From: an uncultured virus (IMG/VR IMGVR_UViG_3300005782_000717)
Taxonomy: Duplodnaviria; Heunggongvirae; Uroviricota; Caudoviricetes
Direction: 5' to 3' (one strand)
IMG/VR virus record: IMGVR_UViG_3300005782_000717
Length of the DNA stretch: 64,000 nt
Below are positions 9,118 through 18,341 of this stretch, piece after piece. The position numbers and the translations under genes were made by a program. The stretch's first letter is position 1; the number at the start of each line of letters is the position of its first letter. The notes beneath the pieces are model-generated. The model was given only the letters and a program-made list of their open reading frames with translations, was not told where the DNA came from and did no database searches.

Positions 9118-10287
9118 ATGACAACACAAACAAAAGCAGTCGCAACGCAGCAGAAGGCGGTCGTCAAGTGGAAAGGTGAGCAAATCATCGTCACCTTCAG
9201 TGATGTCAAAAATCTCATCTGCCCCCTGGCCACCGACCAGGAAGCCGCCGTCTTTCTCAAAACCTGCTCCTCACTGTCGTTGAACCCATTCGCTAATGAG
9301 ATTTACTTAATTAAATACTCGGAGAGGGAGAAAGCGGCCACCGTTATCTCGATTGACTCATACCTGAAGGCAGGTGAGGCAAATGACAATTTCAGCGGAT
9401 TTGAGGCTGGCATCGTCCTGAAGGACAGTGGCGGCAAGTTGGAATTCAGGGAAGGCTCATTAATCTTACCAGATGAGGCAGAGAAGTTGGTTGGAGGCTG
9501 GGCCAGGGCATACAGAAAAGATAGGGAGAAGCCATTTTATATAGCCGTCAACAAGGCAGAGTGTGTGAGGTATACCAAAGAGGGCAAACTGACTCGCTTC
9601 TGGACTAAAGAAAAGCAGCCCTCAATGCTCCGGAAGACAGCCCTGAAGCGAGCACTGGTTGAGGCATTTCCATCGCTCTTTGCTGGTACTCTGGCTACTG
9701 CCGAGGTCGGTGATGATATATCCGAAGCCGAATACGAAGAGATACCAGAAGGCACGCTCCCGCCGGCCCTGGAAAAAGGCGGTCAACCGGACTGGAAAAA
9801 GTTCTGGGCCAGGGTAAAGTCCGAGCTCGGCCTTACTACCGAGGAAGCTCGGCTACTCCTACAAGTAGACTCCATCAAAGAGGAATTGATAGACACTGGC
9901 TGGACGATGGAGAAGATATGGGACAATCTAGTGACAGCTTTAAAGCTACAGAAGGCTACCGAGGTCAAGTCTGAACGGGCTCAGGTAGTCGACGTCGAGA
10001 CAGGCGAGATTACTGCCCCGGAAGAAGACCTATTCGGAGAAGAGGAGAAAGCTGGCGTCGCCGCCCCGGCGGAAGCTGAAATAGAGCAACCGACCGGCAC
10101 GGCGGCCCCGGCTAAACCCAAGCGGGACCCGAAGTCCATCAAAACCGTGAATGACCTTCTCAAGGCTTGCAACCAGGACTTTAAGATGCAGCCCAAGCAG
10201 ATCTACGCAGAGCTTAACATCTCGGGGGTGAGGGAGATAACCGACCCAGCGGAGGCATACCAGAAAATAGCAGCGGTGAGAGGTTAG
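9118..10287 (+). CDS. RecT/Bet-family single-strand annealing protein
   Basis: LNPFANEIYLIKY, GGWARAYRKDR, W...PSMLRKTALKRALVEAFP. Confidence 0.9.
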   Translation: MTTQTKAVATQQKAVVKWKGEQIIVTFSDVKNLICPLATDQEAAVFLKTCSSLSLNPFANEIYLIKYSEREKAATVISIDSYLKAGEANDNFSGFEAGIVLKDSGGKLEFREGSLILPDEAEKLVGGWARAYRKDREKPFYIAVNKAECVRYTKEGKLTRFWTKEKQPSMLRKTALKRALVEAFPSLFAGTLATAEVGDDISEAEYEEIPEGTLPPALEKGGQPDWKKFWARVKSELGLTTEEARLLLQVDSIKEELIDTGWTMEKIWDNLVTALKLQKATEVKSERAQVVDVETGEITAPEEDLFGEEEKAGVAAPAEAEIEQPTGTAAPAKPKRDPKSIKTVNDLLKACNQDFKMQPKQIYAELNISGVREITDPAEAYQKIAAVRG

Positions 10288-10438
10288 CGCGTGGGATTCC
10301 CTGAGCAACCAATTACCAGAGAGATGAAATACGGCAAGATCCGCAGGTACAAGTGCCGCTTATGCGGGCGGACCTTCAATGACTACTATCTGCCGGAGGA
10401 GAAAAGGCTGTGTACGAGGTGCGCGAGAGAGGGTAACC

Positions 10439-11389
10439 ATGGCTAGGAGCATCACATCAGAAAGACAGGAGCTGAGGGCTGAGGCCATCCAGTTACGTAA
10501 GGCTGGGTGGAGTCAACCCGAGATTAGCAAAGCATTGGCAGTGCCACAGAAAACACTCAGCAATTGGCTAATTGTGGCTAACTCCGAGGCTAACGATACT
10601 CAGCCATTATCTATTCTGGCTAAAAACTCCAGTATCATAATTAGCCATAATAACCATCGCCCGATAGCCCTATTCCCCTGCAAGTATGAGGAAGTGGGGG
10701 ATGGTATTGCCCCTGGGAGTGTTGACTTAATCCTCACCGACCCGCCCTACTTGGCATCTTCCAGAAACCTGAGTCGCACCCTCCAGAAGACAAACCTGCG
10801 CCGCGACTACGGTAAGTGGGACAAGATACCGCCCCGTCAATATGTCCGTAATGTGGGCACCTGGGCTGGCTTGATGGCACAGCATCTCAAAGAAGGCGGG
10901 GCACTCTATTGTTTTATGGACTTGCGCCAATTATCACTGTGGTGCGATGCCCTCGAGAGAGCCGAACTTACCTATCAAAACTTTATTATCTGGCATCGTG
11001 TCAATCCAGCACCCCAGATGAGGCAGACCAAGTGGTGTCATGCCTTTGACAGTATCCTCTACTTCACTAAGGGAAGCCCCAAGACCTTCAGGTGGTTTGG
11101 CCTCAATAATATGCATAACGTGATTAAGGGACCGATTTGCCAGGGAGCCGAACGCACCTACCACCCCACACAGAAGCCCCGGTGGTTGTTGAGACGGCTG
11201 CTAATGGTCAGCAGCCGTAGTGGCGACACGATCCTTGACTCGTTTGCTGGCTCTGGAGCCACGGCTTTTGCCGGGCATAACTTTGACCATCGCAAATACA
11301 TACTTGTCGAGCCGGACCCGCAATATGCAGGGTTAATACGCGGCAGGGCGAAGGAAGAATTCGATTGGGATGTCACCGTCCATGAATGA
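10439..11389 (+). CDS. HTH-fused DNA N6A/N4C methyltransferase (beta class)
   Basis: LILTDPPY, HPTQKP, ILDSFAGSGAT; N-terminal HTH. Confidence 0.9.
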   Translation: MARSITSERQELRAEAIQLRKAGWSQPEISKALAVPQKTLSNWLIVANSEANDTQPLSILAKNSSIIISHNNHRPIALFPCKYEEVGDGIAPGSVDLILTDPPYLASSRNLSRTLQKTNLRRDYGKWDKIPPRQYVRNVGTWAGLMAQHLKEGGALYCFMDLRQLSLWCDALERAELTYQNFIIWHRVNPAPQMRQTKWCHAFDSILYFTKGSPKTFRWFGLNNMHNVIKGPICQGAERTYHPTQKPRWLLRRLLMVSSRSGDTILDSFAGSGATAFAGHNFDHRKYILVEPDPQYAGLIRGRAKEEFDWDVTVHE

Positions 11390-12767
11390 TTTACCATCAA
11401 CTATAAAATATCCAGAGGCATTCAAGGCATCACTGCCCGCTAGATATGATGGCATTTTCGATTGGTCTTTTCTGTTGCCGATTTTTGAGGGCACAAAGAT
11501 AGAACCGACGGATATTGATGGCATGGTTGAAAGGCGCGGTAAAGTATTACTTATGGAAACGAAAGGACCCGGTGTGCCAATCCCCCAGGGGCAGATTATT
11601 GCATATAAAACACTTCTAACTATTGGCAAGGGGAAGATACACTTGATGATATTTTACGGCAAAACCTCATCTACTATCGAAGGCATGGATGAGTGGTATT
11701 ACAGGGAGGGGGGAATAAAACAACAAGACTACCAAGGATGCGATTGGAATTATGTCTTTGAGAGAGTTAAAGCATGGTTTAACTGGGCAAATAGTAAACC
11801 GGGAAAGCAAAGAAAACTTGATAGCCTACACTATCGCGGAGCCAATATGAGACAAGCCGTTGCCAGGGGAGAGGAAGGTGAAATGCCCAGGGAGCAAGTA
11901 TTGGAGATATGGCAGAGGTCTGGGAGGCCGGCAATTCCTCTAAGACAGGGGGAGACCTGTCGTGACCTTGAAAAGTTTCTTTCGCATTCTAATATCAGCG
12001 ATAGTGACATTGAAGCCATTAAGGCATGGGCTCGGGAAAAGGAGGTAAAAGTGTCAAACGAAAAAGGACATTGCAAGCACGGAGAGTTTATCTTAAGGGA
12101 AGGCTGTCCACAGTGTATGGCGGAAAGGCGGCAACAAGATGATCCGGCAAACACACCTCGGCCATATCACCTGGCGGACGGCGCCATCATCCCCTCCGTC
12201 ACCACCATCCTCAGTGTCCTGGACAAGCCCGGGCTACCTCACTGGGCATGGGAATGTGGCAAGGAAGGATTAGACTACCGCGAGGTAAGAGATACCGCCG
12301 CCAGTGTCGGTACCATAGCCCATTATCTCATCGCCTGCTATCTCAAAGGCGAGACGCCCGATACTGCCGCATGTGCAACAGAGGAAGCGGCGAAGGCAAA
12401 CAACTGCCAGGCCAAATTCAAAAACTGGTTGAAGCTGCACCCCCTCAGTCCAGTGATGATAGAGACGCCCCTGATATCTGAGGAATTCAACTACGGTGGC
12501 ACCCCGGACATTCTCGCCGAGCTTGACGGCGACTTTGTCCTGATAGATTTTAAGACAGGAGGTGGAATTTACGACAGCATGTTTTACCAGCTTGCTGCCT
12601 ACTGGAAGTTGCTTGAAGAACAGGGCTGGCCGGTGGCCAGCGCCAGAATACTGAGAATCAGCGCAGATGATAGTGACTTCGAGGAGGTAGTAAAGACAAA
12701 CCTGGACGTAGAGTGGCAAATATTCCAGCGTTGCCTTGAGATATACCGGCTACAGAAGGGAGGCTAG
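11370..12767 (+). CDS. In-frame tri-partite ORF: PD-(D/E)XK-like domain, small domain, and phage PD-(D/E)XK exonuclease (probable RecT partner)
   Basis: TDIDG...METK; PSVTTIL...GTIAH...GTPD...IDFKTG...QLAAY; internal RBS plus start at 11883 and 12051. Confidence 0.75.
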   Translation: MSPSMNDLPSTIKYPEAFKASLPARYDGIFDWSFLLPIFEGTKIEPTDIDGMVERRGKVLLMETKGPGVPIPQGQIIAYKTLLTIGKGKIHLMIFYGKTSSTIEGMDEWYYREGGIKQQDYQGCDWNYVFERVKAWFNWANSKPGKQRKLDSLHYRGANMRQAVARGEEGEMPREQVLEIWQRSGRPAIPLRQGETCRDLEKFLSHSNISDSDIEAIKAWAREKEVKVSNEKGHCKHGEFILREGCPQCMAERRQQDDPANTPRPYHLADGAIIPSVTTILSVLDKPGLPHWAWECGKEGLDYREVRDTAASVGTIAHYLIACYLKGETPDTAACATEEAAKANNCQAKFKNWLKLHPLSPVMIETPLISEEFNYGGTPDILAELDGDFVLIDFKTGGGIYDSMFYQLAAYWKLLEEQGWPVASARILRISADDSDFEEVVKTNLDVEWQIFQRCLEIYRLQKGG

Positions 12768-12769
12768 AT

Positions 12770-13684
12770 TTGCCAAGAGGACGCCGGCCTCTACCCTGGA
12801 TAAAATTGTGGTTTGACACTATTGGCGACCCAAAGATGGCTCAACTATCAGCCGCAGAGAAGTGGTGCTGGGTTGGTATCCTTCTCCTCGCCGGACAGTC
12901 GCCAGTACGAGGCAAGCTGATGCTCTCCAACTCCAAGCCAATGAACGAAAATGACATTTATAGGGCGCTAAGGTTATCCCCAAAAGAACGGAAATTTTTA
13001 AAAACTTGCATTTCTAAAATGACAGATATGGATTCTCTAAAGTGGAATAATAGTTGTTTAGAGGTTATACATTTTAAGGACCGGCAAGAGGTTTTTGAGT
13101 CTGATTTGATTAATTATCATAAAAAGAAAAGCGCTGAATTAACTCCTGATAAACTCCTGAAAACTCCTGATTTAACTCCTGATTTACTGCAGAAAGAGGG
13201 AGAGGGGAGAGGGGAGAGGAAAGATACTACACCTTTATCTAAAGATAAAGGTGCCCACACCAAGCAAGCTGACCCTGTTGTTAACGAAATATTTGCCGAA
13301 ATGAGAAAGGTTTTAGGCTACAAAGAGCCGCAAGTGTGTGAACCGGGGAGCCCGACCCCTAGAGAAAAAAAAGAGGCAAAAGTGCGTGGCGGGGAGGCTT
13401 TACCCGCAATAGAAGAAAACCAAGCCATGCCGGCGGAGAGCCGTGACCCTATTCCAAACTACGGCAAGGAAGGCCAAGCTATTAAGCGAATGTTGACCCG
13501 GGGCTTTACCCGCGAGGAGATAATGGCTTGCTGGGAAAGCAAGGTATCTCAGCGTGGCGGGGAGTTTGTAAGCATGACCTGGGTTAACGAGGATATCGGC
13601 AAGAAAGGAGCTAAATCAGGTGGAACACATCGGCAAGGCGATAAAGAACCTTCCGCAGAGAGATACAGGCGGGGTCTTGAGTGA
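12770..13684 (+). CDS. Phage replication initiator (replisome-organiser-like)
   Basis: PWIKLW N-terminus, internal iterons, followed by a DnaC-like gene. Confidence 0.75.
   Translation: MPRGRRPLPWIKLWFDTIGDPKMAQLSAAEKWCWVGILLLAGQSPVRGKLMLSNSKPMNENDIYRALRLSPKERKFLKTCISKMTDMDSLKWNNSCLEVIHFKDRQEVFESDLINYHKKKSAELTPDKLLKTPDLTPDLLQKEGEGRGERKDTTPLSKDKGAHTKQADPVVNEIFAEMRKVLGYKEPQVCEPGSPTPREKKEAKVRGGEALPAIEENQAMPAESRDPIPNYGKEGQAIKRMLTRGFTREEIMACWESKVSQRGGEFVSMTWVNEDIGKKGAKSGGTHRQGDKEPSAERYRRGLE
13139..13186 (+). repeat. Iteron-like repeats (candidate origin) inside the initiator gene
   Basis: Four AACTCCTGA copies next to AT-rich sequence. Confidence 0.6.
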
Positions 13685-14381
13685 AGAGCCAGGCGAAGGT
13701 GGGCAATATACCTGTCAGATTTGCCACGATGCCCACTTTGTCCATCCCCACACGGAGGACGGCAAGGTCGACTATTCCAGGGTGGTGGTCTGCCAGTGTG
13801 TGATGGCGAAACTGGAAAGGGAGCGTATGCAAAGCATTCTCAGATACTGCGAGCTGCCCCCCGGGACCGAGCACATGACCCTGGAGAATTTCAAGGTCAG
13901 CCCCCAGCTGCAGGAGGCGTATGACTTAGCCGCTGAGCTCGCCGGTGATGCCGGCGAGATTAGATGGCTTACCCTGTCGTCCGGGGCTGACCGGGGCAAG
14001 ACCCATCTTGCGATAGGGATATGCCGGCAGTGGCTTCGGAGGGGCAAACCAGCTCGCTATGCCTTTGTCCCGCTACTCTTAGAGGAGCTAAGGAGGGGTT
14101 TTGGGGAGGAGGGGGATAGGTCCTACGAGGCCCGTTTTGACCGCTTCCTCAATGTGCCTTTACTCGTCCTGGATGACCTGGGGGCCGAATACCGGACGCC
14201 CTGGGTTCAGGAGAAGTTGGATACCATAATCGACTACAGGCTTATGCATGACCTCCGCCTGGTGGTTACCACCAATACGCCGATGGATGAATTGCCCTTC
14301 CGCATCGCCAGCCGGCTCAAGCGGTCTCCAGGCTCCAGGGTGGCGTTTATTAAGGCGCCAGAGTTCCGGAAGAAGAGGTGA
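13620..14381 (+). CDS. DnaC/IstB-like helicase loader ATPase
   Basis: CxxC...CxC Zn site, GKTHLA, LLVLDDLGAE, TTN, RIASRL. Confidence 0.9.
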   Translation: MEHIGKAIKNLPQRDTGGVLSEEPGEGGQYTCQICHDAHFVHPHTEDGKVDYSRVVVCQCVMAKLERERMQSILRYCELPPGTEHMTLENFKVSPQLQEAYDLAAELAGDAGEIRWLTLSSGADRGKTHLAIGICRQWLRRGKPARYAFVPLLLEELRRGFGEEGDRSYEARFDRFLNVPLLVLDDLGAEYRTPWVQEKLDTIIDYRLMHDLRLVVTTNTPMDELPFRIASRLKRSPGSRVAFIKAPEFRKKR

Positions 14382-14557
14382 ACAATGAGGAGCGAATCCA
14401 TGAGCTGGAGCGGAAGATTGCTACGGTATGTGCCAGGTGCCCTGATGCCAAGTGGCTTATCGGGAGGTTTCAGTGCACGGTGGGTATGAGGCATTGCCAC
14501 AGTAGGAGAGTAAGACGCTGGCTGGATGAGATAAAGAAGCTGGAGGGAAGAGAGTGA
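14378..14557 (+). CDS. 59-aa Cys-containing protein whose 3' end supplies the cassette-junction motif
   Basis: MNNEERIHELERKIATVCARC...RRWLDEIKKLEGRE*; GTGA overlap with the dnaC-like gene. Confidence 0.6.
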   Translation: MNNEERIHELERKIATVCARCPDAKWLIGRFQCTVGMRHCHSRRVRRWLDEIKKLEGRE

Positions 14558-14821
14558 CATTCCAAAATCCAAATACCATAGAGGAAAAAGAAGCAAAAGA
14601 AATTTGTGATTACCTTGGGGTGATAAAACTAAGTAATAGCAAGTGGTTCCGCTTACAGAGGAAGCTTAACCGGATTCGCAATGAGGCGAGGGATGCAGCG
14701 TATGCAGACTTGGGGAAAGGCGTTATTCATTTCTTGGAGAATATAGAAAAAATACCCGAACTAATTAAATCTTCTCGGAGTGAGTAGATGAGATAAAGAG
14801 ACTGGAGGGAGGTTAGAAGCA

Positions 14822-15271
14822 ATGGGGAAAAAGTTGTTAATAAGTTATGCTCAAAAAAGGGAGGAAAAGCCAAAGCCGAAGCCTATAGAAGTAGAAGAAG
14901 TCAGGCATCCTAAAAACATAACCCGAGAATACCAAGTATGGTTAGGACACTGTACTAAGGGGCAATGGTGGTGGCGACATATAGCTTCTCTAAAAGATGT
15001 TAATCATGCCTTTTACATTGCGAAGACTATGCTCGCTGTTTTCTTTTGCTTTATAGAACCAACGCCAGAAAAGTTCTTTTACCAGTATGGCAATTACCTA
15101 ATTTTGTCACCCGATAACAAGCCAGTAGATATGCCAAAGCTATCGAGCATACAACCTGATTTACCTTTCCCGCCAGAAGAGGAAAAGGGAGCTAAAGTCA
15201 CATGGCAAATGCTAGATAAGTTAGGGGACCTCTACGGCGAAATTAAGGTTTCTTACAAAGGTAGAATCTAA
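14822..15271 (+). CDS. Hypothetical cassette protein
   Basis: RBS within the junction motif; AT-richer sequence. Confidence 0.55.
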   Translation: MGKKLLISYAQKREEKPKPKPIEVEEVRHPKNITREYQVWLGHCTKGQWWWRHIASLKDVNHAFYIAKTMLAVFFCFIEPTPEKFFYQYGNYLILSPDNKPVDMPKLSSIQPDLPFPPEEEKGAKVTWQMLDKLGDLYGEIKVSYKGRI

Positions 15272-15344
15272 GGACGCTAGCGGACGATAGTAAGAGTCCT
15301 GCGCTGACTGGCTAAAATAAAGAGACTAGAAGGAGGATTAGAAC

Positions 15345-15983
15345 ATGTGGAAAAAGTATGAGGTCGAGCAGCAGATGACAGGCAGGTTTGCGGCAGCCCT
15401 TCCCAAGGCCAAAGAGGCCATTGAGCAAATGCTGGAGCACCGGATGCCAGCCACCCTGCCGGAGAACTTTACCCCCATAGCTGAACTCACCGAGGAAGTT
15501 GCCGAAAAGGTAGGCGCCCCTGCTGAGGGTGAAGAGGAGGAGGAGGAGCTCAAATATGGCTGGGCTACCTTCCCCCGGAATGAAGAAGGTCTCTACTACG
15601 AGGGGCGCTGTATCCGAGGTCACATTAAGGACTGCGCCAACCAGGTAAAGGATGCCATCGAACCTCCAGTAAAGGCCCTAAAAGCCAAGGTGGCCAACAA
15701 GGTCTATGTGATGACCGATGTTATCCCTCTTGGCGCCAAGGAGATAGGGGGGACAGAACAACGCTTCGTGCAGGTCATGACCCCTAAGGGTCCTAGGTCA
15801 ACCATCAAGTATGTTGACTACTTGGAAAAGCCCACGCTGAAGTTTCGGCTAAACGTGCTTGATGACGGCATCATTACCAGGGAAATTCTCGATGCCATCT
15901 TTGAGTACGGCAGTGTTCATGGTCTCGGCCAGGAAAGAAGTCAAGGATGGGGGCGATACACGTTCATAATCACTGAGCTTTGA
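15345..15983 (+). CDS. Stand-alone Cas7/RAMP-like protein (partner of the TG-NNN array)
   Basis: C-terminal G-rich loop GLGQERSQGWGRY, IRGHIKD helix, RRM-like strand pattern; its TGA stop is the start of the first array repeat. Confidence 0.75.
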   Translation: MWKKYEVEQQMTGRFAAALPKAKEAIEQMLEHRMPATLPENFTPIAELTEEVAEKVGAPAEGEEEEEELKYGWATFPRNEEGLYYEGRCIRGHIKDCANQVKDAIEPPVKALKAKVANKVYVMTDVIPLGAKEIGGTEQRFVQVMTPKGPRSTIKYVDYLEKPTLKFRLNVLDDGIITREILDAIFEYGSVHGLGQERSQGWGRYTFIITEL

Positions 15984-16580
15984 AGCCGAGTACTGAAAAT
16001 GATGTGAGATGGCGTGCTTTGGGCTGAAGCCGAGGGGGGCGATGGCGTGAATTGTATTGCCGTGACTTGAAGCCGAGATGTGAGTTGACATGTACTGAAA
16101 TGGACTGAAGCCGAGGAATGCCGTGAAATGGTTTGGTGTGGTCTGAATTGTGGTGAAGCCGAGTGCTGCACTGGGTTGCACTGTATTGGGTTGGGTTGGA
16201 ACGAAGCCGAGACCTGCCTTGAGATGGGATTGGATGGAATGCCGTGAAGCCGAGACATGAGCTGTAGTGCAACGGGATGACTTGAAGCCGAGGGCTGTGG
16301 TGTTTTGTTCTAGCCTGACGTGCCGTGAAGCCGAGCCGTGAGATGGGCTGCTGTGGGGTGTGGTGAAGCCGAGAAATGGTGTGCCGTGTTTTGCCTTGTA
16401 TTGTTGTGGGTTGGAGCCGAGGACGGTGGTGATTTGCTGGGGACTGAAGGGGGTTGAAGCCGAGATGTGGACTGGCTTGCGGTGGAGTGGCTTGAGGTGC
16501 CATGGAGCCGAGGTGTGAAGTGACGTGAAGTGATTTGCGACTGAAATGAGAATTGGCGTGATAGGGGGTGCGATGTTCTG
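15981..16580 (+). repeat. Repeat-spacer array: 13 x TGAAGCCGAG (variants CGAAGCCGAG, TGGAGCCGAG) with NNN(TG-NNN)n spacers
   Basis: Repeats at 15981, 16025, 16068, 16106, 16154, 16202, 16245, 16283, 16326, 16364, 16412, 16455, 16503. Confidence 0.9.
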
Positions 16581-16642
16581 GCACTGGCTGGCTGAGATAA
16601 AGAAACTGGGAGGTGAGCAAGCGAAGAATTAATCAGGTTCAT

Positions 16643-16712
16643 GGCAAGGTGCGGCGTGGTGGGGCCTGGTACGGTCCGGTGCGGCAAGGTAAGGCGCGGC
16701 AAGACAAGGAGA
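16643..16712 (+). ncRNA. (GGY-NN)n tract 1, vrRNA-like
   Basis: 12 perfect GGY-NN pentamers, then GAC/GGA end. Confidence 0.8.
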
Positions 16713-16734
16713 ATAAAAACAAGGAGGAAAAGAA

Positions 16735-17397
16735 ATGGATAAAGTGAAGTCAGCAGCAATAGAGGCCATAGAAGACACAGGTTTTTGGTCAGAATATATT
16801 CTCAAAATGCTTATAGAGGGCATAACTCCATTTTTGCAGAATAGCCCCAAAAATATGAAAGCAAAGGAACCAGGAATTAAAAGAGAAAAAACCTATGACC
16901 CAGAGATAGAAGCAGAAAAAGTTACCTATCGTCGAGATGACGGCACTTTGGGCTTCCCGGCGGATGCAGTGAGAAAATGTTTGATAGGCGGTGCTACTGG
17001 GCTAAAGATTGGAAACAGGTTTGCCTCAACGGTGCTGCCTGAGATTATCGGCCACTTCCCGCCGCTTGAAGGCGACGAGCTTTTTCCGTTTGAGACCTTG
17101 GAAGGAGAACCCATCAGCGATTATGAAATAGATACCAGGCGTGCAGTTAGAGGGCGACAGGGAGTTCTTGTTAGCAGGCCAAAGATTTGGCCATGGCGGT
17201 TGCGCTGCACCTTGAAACTGACAGTACCTGTTGGCACTGATATGGATGGTTTAAGAAGTGACCTTCTTCGGATAGCTAACAAGGCAGGGCAATATCCCGG
17301 TTTGGGCGATGGCCGCCCCCAGAAGATTAAGGGGAAGGGGCTCTGGTTTGGTAAGTCTAGGGTAGTTGAGCTGGAGATAGAGCCTCTGGAGGAGTAG
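16735..17397 (+). CDS. Vipr-like RAMP (Cas7-related) protein
   Basis: IEGITPFLQN, Y...DGTLGFP, RRAVR...SRPKIWPW, AG..PGLGDGRP...FGK G-loop; flanked by GGY-NN tracts. Confidence 0.8.
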   Translation: MDKVKSAAIEAIEDTGFWSEYILKMLIEGITPFLQNSPKNMKAKEPGIKREKTYDPEIEAEKVTYRRDDGTLGFPADAVRKCLIGGATGLKIGNRFASTVLPEIIGHFPPLEGDELFPFETLEGEPISDYEIDTRRAVRGRQGVLVSRPKIWPWRLRCTLKLTVPVGTDMDGLRSDLLRIANKAGQYPGLGDGRPQKIKGKGLWFGKSRVVELEIEPLEE

Positions 17398-17400
17398 CCC

Positions 17401-17638
17401 GGTCTGGCAAGGCCAGGTCAGGTGTGGTAAGGCAAGGCATAGTGAGGCAAGGCAAGGTTTTAACCGAAAGCAATATAACGGGGCGCGGTTCGGTGAGGTT
17501 AGGCCGGGTCCGGTGGGGTCTGGCTTGGCACGGTAAGGCAAGGCGCGGCACGGATTAAATTGAGAAAGGGATCGGCAGAATCTGGTGCGGCATGGCTAGG
17601 CCAGGCGTGGCAAGGCGTGGCAAGGCAAGGTGCGGAGA
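17401..17638 (+). ncRNA. (GGY-NN)n tracts 2-4, vrRNA-like
   Basis: 17401-17460 (12 units, one AGT), 17482-17551 (14), 17584-17633 (10), separated by A-rich linkers. Confidence 0.85.
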
Positions 17639-17658
17639 AATAAAATGAGGGGGCAGAT

Positions 17659-18336
17659 ATGAAAGAGACAGCACAAAAGGTGAAAATAACGAAGCTGCTA
17701 TTAGACTACAACCTTTATCCCAGGGAGCAAATTCAATCATTTCATGTCAGGCAGATGGTTGAGGCATTGGAGGCTGGAACTATTTTGCCGCCTATCATTG
17801 TTGATAGGAAGAGCAAGCGGGTGGTAGACGGCTTTCACCGAGTACGGGCACACCGGAAGCTATATGGCAAGGACGCTGAGGTTTCCGCTATTTTTAGGAC
17901 TTATGAGGGCGAGACGCAGATGTTTATAGAGGCTATAGCTCTCAATGCTACACACGGCAGAAATTTGACTCCCTACGACCGGGCTAGATGTCTAGCTCGG
18001 GCCGAAGAGCTCAAGATGGACCCAGCGGTTGTGGCGAAGGCATTGAACATGACCGTCGAGACCCTGGGCAGGCTTAAAACAGAGCGTCTGGGGTACTTCC
18101 ATACAAAGCCGATAGTGCTCAAGCGAACCACCGCCCACCTGGCTGGCGAGGAATTGACTGAGGAGCAGTTCGCCTATAACCGGCAGGCCGGCGGCATGCA
18201 GTCAACCTTCTATATTAAGCAGATTATTGGCATGCTGGAGGCGGAGGCTATTGATTGGGAAGACGAGAAGGTGGTTAAAGCCCTGAAGCATTTGCATCAG
18301 CTATTAGATGAGGCAATGAAGCCTATCGGAGTGTAG
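17659..18336 (+). CDS. ParB/Srx N-terminal domain protein
   Basis: YPR, LPPIIVD...VVDGFHRVRA, NATHGRNL. Confidence 0.85.
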   Translation: MKETAQKVKITKLLLDYNLYPREQIQSFHVRQMVEALEAGTILPPIIVDRKSKRVVDGFHRVRAHRKLYGKDAEVSAIFRTYEGETQMFIEAIALNATHGRNLTPYDRARCLARAEELKMDPAVVAKALNMTVETLGRLKTERLGYFHTKPIVLKRTTAHLAGEELTEEQFAYNRQAGGMQSTFYIKQIIGMLEAEAIDWEDEKVVKALKHLHQLLDEAMKPIGV

Positions 18337-18341
18337 TGCTT

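Noticed and set aside
15981..16512. Canonical CRISPR array
   Set aside because: The repeat is only 10 nt and non-palindromic, spacers have a fixed internal TG period, and there is no cas1/cas2/cas6
15849..16850. Several His/Pro/Ser-rich minus-strand ORFs
   Set aside because: Translations of the 5-nt periodic arrays; low complexity and antisense to the operon
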